Shown here: piece by piece, positions 56,488 through 64,000 of the stretch
Layout of the letters: every line of letters starts with the position of its first letter
Numbering within the stretch: position 1 is the first letter of the stretch
From: an uncultured Gemmatimonadota bacterium
GTDB taxonomy: Bacteria > JAAXHH01
Reading direction: 5' to 3'
Length of the DNA: 64,000 nucleotides
Assembly (NCBI GenBank): GCA_951812955.1
Contig: OX638340.1
Coordinates: 2,048,001 to 2,112,000 of the forward strand
Notes under the pieces: generated by a model
What the model saw: the letters and a program-made list of their open reading frames with translations, nothing else
Databases searched by the model: none
Told to the model about the DNA's origin: nothing
Program-made: the position numbers and the translations under genes

Positions 56488-59220
56488 ATGATCTCGATCC
56501 CCCTCGAGTTCTCCCATGATACCACGCGGAACCCGAAGTGCTGGCCCGTGACCCGCGGCGTCCCCATACTCGAAGGCGCGCTCCTCGCTACGGATGGACT
56601 GCACGTCGTGCATCCCGGCGGCGTCCGGCTTCCCGCCCAGTTCCGGGTACTCGGCCGATGGCCGGACGGATCGGTGAAGTGGGTGCTCGTGGATTTCCAG
56701 GCGGATGCCGACCCATCGGGCAGGGTGGTATATACCCTGACCGATGAAGCGGCCGGGTGTACGGGCGACCTTCCAGCGCCGCCACCCACCAATACCGTGC
56801 GGATCACAGAAACAGACCAGGACCTCCACGTGGTTACGGGTGCGCTGAGTTTCAAGATAAGCCGCCACCAATACGGACTTTTCCATTCCGTGTCGTTCGC
56901 CCACGCCCCGGATGAAACGCCCAACCGGGCGAACCCGATCCCCGGCCAAGGTGGCGACGCCTGGGTACGGATCAGCGAAGGCGCCTCCGACGGGAGTCTG
57001 AAACGCCGGCTGTACGGTCCGGGCGGCCACTGCCGGGCATCCCTGGCCGGTGACTCCTACGAGGTGACGGTCGAGGAACATGGCCCAATGCGCGCCGTCA
57101 TCCGGATGGAGAGCGCCCTGGAAGCCGACATCCCCATGCACCATTACGCCGGGTACAGGCCGGTGCGTTGTATAACCCGGATTCACGCCTATGCAGGCCA
57201 CGCCTTGGTCCGGATTCTGCAGACCCACGTCTTTACCTGCAATCCACGGGAAGTGGAAATCGAAGACCTGGCCCTGAATGTTCCCGCCCCCTGCGCCGGA
57301 ACCGGTCTTGGCTACGCTTTCGGACTGTATGGGGTCGAGGCGGGAACGCTCGATTCGGATGAACTGCTGAAAATCGCCCAGAAGAAAGATGACTTGGTGC
57401 AGGTATCCCGCGGTCGACCAGGATGTGAAACCACGATCGCGGAGGGCGAAACCTGCGAAGGCTGGGCGACGCTCGGAGACGGGATATCTGGAGTAGGCGT
57501 CGCCTGCCGGAACATGGCGGAGGAGCATCCGCGGGCCATCGAAGCCACCGGTGACGGCCGTGTTACCCTGTACGCGCGCCACGACCCGGATGGCGCCCGC
57601 CTGTCCCTGGCACGTTACTCCGAAGAGGTCTCATGGCACGAAGGAGAAGGGGTATATGCCGACGGTACGGGCATAGCGAAGACCTCCGAGTTCTTCGTAC
57701 AATACTTCGAGGAAGATCGACGGGACAAGGGGGAGAATACGCAGCGGGACGAGGCGATTGAAATACTCCGATGCGCCCTGTCGCAACCCCACGTATCGGT
57801 TCCACCGGCGTGGATGGCCCGATGCGAGGCCGCGGGTGGATTCGCGGTCCCAAGTTTCCCGGAAGCTGGCGACCGGGTTGACCAAGGGAACCCGACAGAG
57901 GGTGACCAGTCAGGCCCTGAAGCGTGTAATCAAGCGGACTCTAAACCGGGCGGTAGAGTGGCCCTGAAAGTGGGCGACCAGGCGGATCCGAGAGCGGAGC
58001 GGAAACGGGGAGGAGCGGCCGATCCTGAGATCCTGCCAGCCGCGGACCGCATGCTGACGGGCTTTGCCGACTGGCTCGCACGAAACGTCCAGCTTGGACG
58101 CTGGTACGGGTACCTGGACTACGGGGACGTGCGCGCTACCTGGGATGAAGAGGAAGATGAGTGGATGGACCGGGGCCGCTGGGGCTGGTGCAACAGCGAG
58201 TGGGACCCCCGCCACGCGATCTGGATACAGTACCTGCGCACCGGCGACCCGCACTACTTCAGCCTGGGCGAAGCCATGACCCGCCACTCCATGGACGTAG
58301 ACACGTGCCACTGGCATCCCTTCAGGCCCTACATGGTTGGTGGCGGCTACCGCCATGGGGTTGGCCACTTCAGCGACGAGCCCTGCGCTTCCCATACCTT
58401 CATCGACAACTGGATGGACCACTACCATCTGACCGGAGATGGCAGGACCCTGGAAGTCCTTCGCGAAGCGGGCGGGTTCTTCCTGCGGTACAGGTGGACC
58501 GAGGAGCCATCCTTCAGTTTCAGCTTGCGGTCCATTGCTAATGTATTGCGCGGACTGCTTTACGTATATGACGCCACCGGCGAGGAACGCTTCCTGCGGC
58601 GGGCGGAGGAAGTGTATACCATTATCGCAAGAGGACAGAATAATGACGGGAGCTGGCACAAGCGCTTCCAGATCGCGACCCCAGACCGGCTTCCGCAACG
58701 GCTTCCCTACGGCATGGCGACGGAAGGCACTACGCTGGCGGTCGAAATGGGTACGGCCGCGCCCTTCACAGACGACGAGTACAGGGGACTTGGCGGCCCC
58801 TTCACCCGGTTGATCCGCGACCTTCCGTACGAGGAGCAGAAGGGGTACCAGACCCACTACCTGATGGTCGGACTGGAACTGATGCACCGGATAACCGGCC
58901 GCGCTGATGTCGCCGAGACCTATGTGCGGGGAGTGGACTGGTTCTGCGGCTTTCCCGAAACCTTCGCGACCGACCGGCCATTGAAGGAACATTACGGCGG
59001 CATCCTCTGCCGTCACCTGGGCTACGCCTATCGCCTGACGGGGGACAGCAGCTACCTGGAAACCGGCATGAAGATCCTGGAATTGCTTATCAATGCGCAG
59101 GACTGGAGCGACGATCCCCGGAAGCGCGGATCCGTGGGCATGAGTCCCATGCACCTTAGCTTGTTGTTCTTCGGGGTGCCGAGTTTTCTTACCGAACTAC
59201 GTGGAATAGACCATTGTTGA
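56488..59220 (+). CDS. large hypothetical cytoplasmic protein (910 aa), probable N-terminal beta-rich domain plus C-terminal alpha/alpha-toroid-like domain
   Basis: GGAGAGG RBS; no signal peptide; 'QNNDGSW' motif reminiscent of QxxDGxW toroid repeats; no confident family assignment. Confidence 0.65.
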   Translation: MISIPLEFSHDTTRNPKCWPVTRGVPILEGALLATDGLHVVHPGGVRLPAQFRVLGRWPDGSVKWVLVDFQADADPSGRVVYTLTDEAAGCTGDLPAPPPTNTVRITETDQDLHVVTGALSFKISRHQYGLFHSVSFAHAPDETPNRANPIPGQGGDAWVRISEGASDGSLKRRLYGPGGHCRASLAGDSYEVTVEEHGPMRAVIRMESALEADIPMHHYAGYRPVRCITRIHAYAGHALVRILQTHVFTCNPREVEIEDLALNVPAPCAGTGLGYAFGLYGVEAGTLDSDELLKIAQKKDDLVQVSRGRPGCETTIAEGETCEGWATLGDGISGVGVACRNMAEEHPRAIEATGDGRVTLYARHDPDGARLSLARYSEEVSWHEGEGVYADGTGIAKTSEFFVQYFEEDRRDKGENTQRDEAIEILRCALSQPHVSVPPAWMARCEAAGGFAVPSFPEAGDRVDQGNPTEGDQSGPEACNQADSKPGGRVALKVGDQADPRAERKRGGAADPEILPAADRMLTGFADWLARNVQLGRWYGYLDYGDVRATWDEEEDEWMDRGRWGWCNSEWDPRHAIWIQYLRTGDPHYFSLGEAMTRHSMDVDTCHWHPFRPYMVGGGYRHGVGHFSDEPCASHTFIDNWMDHYHLTGDGRTLEVLREAGGFFLRYRWTEEPSFSFSLRSIANVLRGLLYVYDATGEERFLRRAEEVYTIIARGQNNDGSWHKRFQIATPDRLPQRLPYGMATEGTTLAVEMGTAAPFTDDEYRGLGGPFTRLIRDLPYEEQKGYQTHYLMVGLELMHRITGRADVAETYVRGVDWFCGFPETFATDRPLKEHYGGILCRHLGYAYRLTGDSSYLETGMKILELLINAQDWSDDPRKRGSVGMSPMHLSLLFFGVPSFLTELRGIDHC

Positions 59221-59293
59221 TTCCCGGCCTATTGGTTACCTTGAAAACAACTCCCCTTCGTTCGTCGGTAAAGCGAATCGACGATTCCACATC

Positions 59294-61768
59294 TTGATTC
59301 GTCCACGGAGGCGCCACGTGTACGTCCATCTGCTCCTGACGATCGCCGCACTATCGCTGAGCCTCCCCGGCCATTCCCAAGCCCAGGTCGTCCTTCCGGA
59401 ATCGGGCGCAGCCGTTGAGAACCTCTCCGCCCTCGACACGGGCAAATCACTCTATCAACAGGCACGCTTCGACGCAGCCCTTGAACGCCTTCGGCAGGCG
59501 GTGCGCGAGGACGGGAGATCTGCTCACGCCCGTTATTGGCTCGGTATGGCCTGGTTTGCCCTTGGAAACATTGACGAAGCATTGAAAGCGTTCAGACGGG
59601 CCGTCCAATTGGACAAGAATTGGGCGCCTGGCCACGTCGGTATGGGTATGGTTTACATGAGCCTGGCCAACAGGCGCCTGGATGCTCGTAGAGCCTTTCG
59701 AAAGGCCGTCGAGGCGGATCCTGAAAACACGGACGTTCAGTACAACCTGGGCATGACCTACATGGACCAGGAACGCACAGGCCAGTTGATTGGCAGTGAC
59801 CGTGACGGCAGGAAGTATTTCCTGCAAGCCGTAGCACTGGATCCTTCCCACCCGGACGCTTACTTCCAACTAGGCCGATGTTATGACAGTCCTGAGGTAC
59901 CGGAGAGTGACAAGGCGATCTCTGCTTACATCAGACAATACCGTGTCAATCCCAATCACAGCGAGGCGTTGCTGCGCTTTGCCAACGCAAGCCATCGCTC
60001 CGAACGATACGATCTGGGCGCCGAGGAACTCAGAGCACTCGTCCGGGACTTGGGAGATGACACGCCGGACAGGATCCACGCCATGCTTTCCCAGTTCGAG
60101 GTGCTGGCACTCGGATCAGACCAGCAGTACGATCGACTTCAGAAGGCGCTGGAGTCCTACATCTCACAGTTGGACGCCGATGAACAGGAAGTGTACAGGG
60201 ATTTGACTCATGTCGCCCCGCCGGACGAACTGAAAGCCTGGGAAGCCGCATCCGGACCGGAACGCGACGCGTTCTGGCAGGCCTTCTGGAACGAGCGGGA
60301 CGCCAACCCGGCCACGATCGAAAACGAACGGTTGGTGGAGCACTACAGACGTGTAATGCACGCCCGGATCCATTTTTCGGAGAAGCGATACCCCTACGAC
60401 CGCCGTGGTGAGATTTACGTGAGATACGGTCCGCCGGATGACCGGCGTCGTTTCGTGGTCAGGGCGAACGAGGACCCGTATAAGTCATTCCAGTCTTCCG
60501 ATGACCCGGCGGTGGACGCAATCCGGGAACAGAACCTTCAATTCGGCTACCAGTTGCAGGTCAATCGTGGCGAAGTGTCGAAAATCCTGGATAGCGATAA
60601 GGCAAAACGACTTGGATTCGGGACGGAGACAATGGCTGATGAGCTATCTGCTAAGTCGTTGGATCAGATTTTAGCAGAAATGGCAGTAAAACAGAGAAGA
60701 GAGATGGGATCCTTGTTTATTGCAGAGAGCTGGGTGTACGTACCACATAGACTGGAACTGTTCTTCGTCGACCAGATGGGTGGCGGCCGATACGACTATC
60801 CCTTGGAAACCCTGACCATTGATGAAAGCAGCGGTTTGACAACACTTCCCGGTATGGCGAGTAGCCAGGATATGAACCACCCCCGTCGCCTAGCTTCTGC
60901 ACTTATCGCAAGCAGTCCCACAGACTACCGACACGACTTTGGCGGAGATCCTCTCGAATACGCTTTCGACGCCGTCTCCTTCCGCGGGGACGGCGGCGTT
61001 ACGGAGGTGGATCTCTCCTACAGTATTCCCGTCTGGCAGTTCGGCGACATCACCGACGACAAGGGCGACCGGACCTGGCTGGACAACCAGGTTACCCTTC
61101 GTGACTCGATCCACACGCCTGCCTTCTCCCGCAAGTTCCGGTTTGGACCCGTTGCCCGGCCCGAACGGCAACTGGGGAGCCAGGTGTTTCAGGGAGCCGC
61201 GTTCACGCTGGCAGCGAATCTGGTTATGCCTGCCGGTACTTTCGCGGTTGCTGTGGAAATGCGGGACGAAGCCACGCAGCGAATTGGCGTTTACAAAAAA
61301 CCGGTATCCATCTCAGACTACCGCGGCAGCGGCCTGCTCATCAGCGATCTCAAGCTATCGACGGGAATCACGCCTGCAACGACGGCGGGGCCCTTCGTGC
61401 GCAAGGGACTGAATGTCGTGCCCAATCCCGGACGGCTTTACGCTCGGGGGCAGTTAGTTTACGTGTATTACGAGGTGTACAACCTGGATATGGACGAGGG
61501 CGGCCGCACTTCCTACGAGACGCTCTACGAAATCACGCCGCTGGGCATGCCCGCACTGAGGAATCGCCGGGCCAGAAGGCCGGACGACATCCAGACGGTG
61601 ATGTCGTTCTTCGAGGGCGAGGGGAGTTCATCGGAAGAGGCTGAATACACAGCCCTGGACACCACGGATCTCGAGGCCGGGGAGTATGTATTGACGGTGA
61701 CGCTGACGGACCGCGGCGCGGACAGGTCCGTCACCAGGTCGGTCAACTTTATGGTGGTAGTGCAGTAG
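59294..61768 (+). CDS. secreted TPR-repeat plus GWxTD-domain protein
   Basis: signal peptide 'VYVHLLLTIAALSLSLPGHSQA'; TPR repeats ('ARYWLGMAWFALGNIDEALKAFRRAVQLD'); GWxTD-family core 'RGEIYVRYGPPD'. Confidence 0.75.
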   Translation: MIRPRRRHVYVHLLLTIAALSLSLPGHSQAQVVLPESGAAVENLSALDTGKSLYQQARFDAALERLRQAVREDGRSAHARYWLGMAWFALGNIDEALKAFRRAVQLDKNWAPGHVGMGMVYMSLANRRLDARRAFRKAVEADPENTDVQYNLGMTYMDQERTGQLIGSDRDGRKYFLQAVALDPSHPDAYFQLGRCYDSPEVPESDKAISAYIRQYRVNPNHSEALLRFANASHRSERYDLGAEELRALVRDLGDDTPDRIHAMLSQFEVLALGSDQQYDRLQKALESYISQLDADEQEVYRDLTHVAPPDELKAWEAASGPERDAFWQAFWNERDANPATIENERLVEHYRRVMHARIHFSEKRYPYDRRGEIYVRYGPPDDRRRFVVRANEDPYKSFQSSDDPAVDAIREQNLQFGYQLQVNRGEVSKILDSDKAKRLGFGTETMADELSAKSLDQILAEMAVKQRREMGSLFIAESWVYVPHRLELFFVDQMGGGRYDYPLETLTIDESSGLTTLPGMASSQDMNHPRRLASALIASSPTDYRHDFGGDPLEYAFDAVSFRGDGGVTEVDLSYSIPVWQFGDITDDKGDRTWLDNQVTLRDSIHTPAFSRKFRFGPVARPERQLGSQVFQGAAFTLAANLVMPAGTFAVAVEMRDEATQRIGVYKKPVSISDYRGSGLLISDLKLSTGITPATTAGPFVRKGLNVVPNPGRLYARGQLVYVYYEVYNLDMDEGGRTSYETLYEITPLGMPALRNRRARRPDDIQTVMSFFEGEGSSSEEAEYTALDTTDLEAGEYVLTVTLTDRGADRSVTRSVNFMVVVQ

Positions 61769-61925
61769 AGAAGTGAGTTTTCCGATATGCTGCGGGAAGC
61801 GTACCTTTACAATGAATCGCACTGGATTAGCGGGAAGCGACCCCATCAGCGAATCGTGAAGGATCAGCGAATCGCCTGAATAAAGTAAGGCGCGTCAGAA
61901 TATGGGCAACGGCCCGCCGTTCCCG

Positions 61926-64000
61926 CTAGTCCTGCATTTCGACGGACTTCCCGTCACCCGCTGCCAACTCAAGCGTCGAATCGAACACCGCCTCGCCCGA
62001 ATCTCCCAGTCGCAGCCGCGATAGCGCAAGCGCGCCGTGCAGGACGCTCAACTCGGCCTGCAGTCCTTCCCCGACACGCGACACAACGCACACGCCCCAC
62101 GCGAATCCGGTCGACCAGAAGTATCTGCCCGACCGGGCGGTCAAGGTCATGGTCTTCGTGACCGCCGAGTAGTTAAAACCGGTCAACGCAAGGTGGGCGG
62201 CCCAGGCGGCCATGGCCCGGGCGTAGTGATGGCCGCACTCGGCCTCGTCGAAGGGGTTCCTCCTCCGTCCGTCGTACCGATCGCGGATGTCCTGGATGCA
62301 CGAAATGCCCTCGTCCGCCATGCCCTCGTAGATCATGCCGATGGCGGCGGTGTATTCAAAACCGGTCATGACTTCGGTGAAGTACGAGAAGGGATTTTCG
62401 GGCCGGTCCTTCGGGTAGGACGCCATGAGCAGGGCCGATTCGTCGCCGAGGACGTAGGAGCGCATAACGTTCGTGTGCGCGTGGAAGTCCTCGAGCCGGT
62501 TGTACTTCAGGATGCTCTGCAGCGAACTACGGACTTTGCCGGAATCCGCGAGGTATCCCAGGCCACAGACATGGGCCATGTACTGGCCGACGAGCTGGTC
62601 CACCAGGCAGCCGGAACCGAGTTGGTAATCCGGATTTCCCAGATCCTTCGGCCCCATCCCCACCGTCAGGCCTTCCGCTACATCCTCCGCCCGCTCGGGC
62701 GCACGGATCTCGTGTTCGTAGTACTCCCCGTTGAAGAGGTTCGCGTCGGTCCAGGTGCGGCCGCGCTCGTATAGGTCCCGGCATTCCCGCGCGAAGTCGC
62801 CGTCCTCCAGATAGCGGGCCATTTCCTCCGCGGCCCGGAGGGCGCCCAGGTACCAGAACTCCATCTGGGGATTCGGACCGAAGTATTCGACGTCCATGGT
62901 ATTGTGCTGGCAGCCTTCCATCACGCCGTCGCAGTCGGCGTCCCACCCGCCGGGTATCCAGCAGAACGCCAGCGCCTTCTTGACCCCCGGCCATAGCGCT
63001 CGAAGCTGCTCGTCGTCACCCGACAGCTGCCAGTCCCGGTACATCTTCATTACGCAACCCATCTGGCCGTCGGCCGCCGCGCGATTGAAGTTGCGGGCCC
63101 GGGCCAGCGGCAGCCAGACGCGGAAGCTCATCAGGCCGTTCTCGTCGGTGGCGTGGGCAAATTCCACCTCGCGCATGGTCTGCGTCAGGTCGCCGAAGAG
63201 GAAGGCCGTGGACTGCTCGTAGTTCCATACGTGGGTGCAGGAACCCAGGCAGCACCCCGCCTCGTCGTGGCATCCCTCCCAGCCGTAGAAGCGGCCATCG
63301 GGCGTGCGGAAGCAGGTCTGGCTCCGCAGCGTGCTCAGGTTGAACAATGCCGCCTCCTTGACCACCTCCGGCAGGTCCGATCCGCAGAACGCCTCGACGA
63401 ACCGGAGCGTATTCACTTCCAGGCTTTCCAGATCGGGCACGACTTGCTCCACCACGTCCCAGGCGTCCTCGAACCGCGTCGTATAGTAGTTCCCGATCCG
63501 GTCTCCCGTGTCACAGCAGTCGTCGCCGCCCGCGCAGCAGTCACTGTTGTCGTCGCAACAGTCGTCGCTGCTGTCGTCCCCGTCCTCGCAACAGCCCTCA
63601 TCGCTCTCGCAATCGTCCGGACCGCCGTCACAACAGGCGTTTTCTTCGGTGGTCTCCGTATCACCGCCGACTGGCAGGTCTTCCTTCGTCGCCGGTGTCC
63701 ACGTGTACCGGTTGGGGAAATGCCAGGCCAGAACGAAGGTCACGCTTGCCGTTTTTTCCGGCGGCAGGTCGACCCGGGTCGCCAGGGAGGCGATGGGGCG
63801 GTTGTTGTTGCCGGCGTCCCGGTCCGAGAGCATGCCGTCCGCGCTGAAATCGTCCCAGAAGTCGAGTAGCGGGGTACCCCAGCGGTCGTCGCGCCAGGCA
63901 GTCCGGTAGCTGACCGTCTCCGCCGTGGTCGCCAGCGCCATCGTGCCCCACTGCGCGGCCTGACGGTCCACGCCCTTCGATGACATGAAGAGTCCGCGGT
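61926..64000 (-). CDS. glycoside hydrolase family 116 (GBA2-type beta-glucosidase/glucosylceramidase-like), N-terminus beyond window end; contains Cys/Asp-rich insertion
   Basis: C-terminal catalytic domain aligns to GBA2/DUF608 ('DCDGVMEGCQHNTMDVEYFGPNPQMEFWYLGALRAAEEMARYL', 'LFNGEYYEHE'); ORF open at window edge; 'CCDGGPDDCESDEGCCEDGDDSSDDCCDDNSDCCAGGDDCCDTGD' insertion. Confidence 0.75.
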   Translation of the reverse strand, partial: RGLFMSSKGVDRQAAQWGTMALATTAETVSYRTAWRDDRWGTPLLDFWDDFSADGMLSDRDAGNNNRPIASLATRVDLPPEKTASVTFVLAWHFPNRYTWTPATKEDLPVGGDTETTEENACCDGGPDDCESDEGCCEDGDDSSDDCCDDNSDCCAGGDDCCDTGDRIGNYYTTRFEDAWDVVEQVVPDLESLEVNTLRFVEAFCGSDLPEVVKEAALFNLSTLRSQTCFRTPDGRFYGWEGCHDEAGCCLGSCTHVWNYEQSTAFLFGDLTQTMREVEFAHATDENGLMSFRVWLPLARARNFNRAAADGQMGCVMKMYRDWQLSGDDEQLRALWPGVKKALAFCWIPGGWDADCDGVMEGCQHNTMDVEYFGPNPQMEFWYLGALRAAEEMARYLEDGDFARECRDLYERGRTWTDANLFNGEYYEHEIRAPERAEDVAEGLTVGMGPKDLGNPDYQLGSGCLVDQLVGQYMAHVCGLGYLADSGKVRSSLQSILKYNRLEDFHAHTNVMRSYVLGDESALLMASYPKDRPENPFSYFTEVMTGFEYTAAIGMIYEGMADEGISCIQDIRDRYDGRRRNPFDEAECGHHYARAMAAWAAHLALTGFNYSAVTKTMTLTARSGRYFWSTGFAWGVCVVSRVGEGLQAELSVLHGALALSRLRLGDSGEAVFDSTLELAAGDGKSVEMQD

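Overview
This is a high-GC (roughly 65%) bacterial chromosomal segment, densely coding and mostly on the + strand. I find no CRISPR array, transposase, integrase or phage genes. The ordinary content is as follows. (1) 1-5.7 kb holds a sugar-acid-like metabolic cluster: a 5'-truncated enolase-superfamily dehydratase, a cupin, KDPG aldolase, a GalU-like nucleotidyltransferase, a GHMP sugar kinase, a LarA-family (nickel-pincer) racemase/epimerase homolog and a gamma-carbonic-anhydrase-like protein. (2) tRNA-Arg(ACG), tadA and tRNA-Ser(CGA) follow, then a PQQ-dependent dehydrogenase on the minus strand. (3) tRNA-Ser(GGA), tRNA-Ala(CGC) and a long Bacillus-type SRP RNA lie upstream of dnaX-ybaB-recR-pgsA-pgpA-cinA-thpR-recX-alaS. 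(4) An RmlD-like reductase, an HddA-like heptose kinase and GmhA are fused into ispE-prs-rplY(ctc)-pth-rpsF-rpsR-rplI. (5) tRNA-Val, tRNA-Asp and tRNA-Leu precede an M20 deacylase, an orphan VapB-like antitoxin and ychF. (6) aceE-aceF run on the minus strand, with a tandem-repeat-laden divergent promoter region shared with a DapA-family gene. (7) pyrR-pyrB-pyrC is followed by TPR and SPOR lipoproteins. (8) A class-V aminotransferase, a cupin, a creatininase-family amidase, a polar-amino-acid ABC transporter lacking a binding protein, and an FAD oxidoreductase form a cluster. (9) An AstE/AspA-like deacylase, a 910-aa hypothetical protein, a TPR+GWxTD secreted protein and a GH116 glycosidase truncated at the window edge close the window. 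The most interesting signals are these. (a) A secreted thioredoxin-like ORF is interrupted by an in-frame TGA inside a T-U-G-H-C redox motif, with a GC hairpin 17 nt downstream; this is a candidate selenoprotein with a bacterial SECIS. (b) A 1542-aa giant protein fuses a degenerate M28-peptidase-like periplasmic domain to a MacB/FtsX-type permease, with no ATPase nearby, and lies divergent from a 661-aa polytopic membrane protein. (c) The LarA homolog occurs without larBCE, in a sugar-acid context together with GalU and a GHMP kinase. (d) Several GC-rich intergenic tandem repeat arrays are present. (e) GH116 carries a Cys/Asp-rich insertion.
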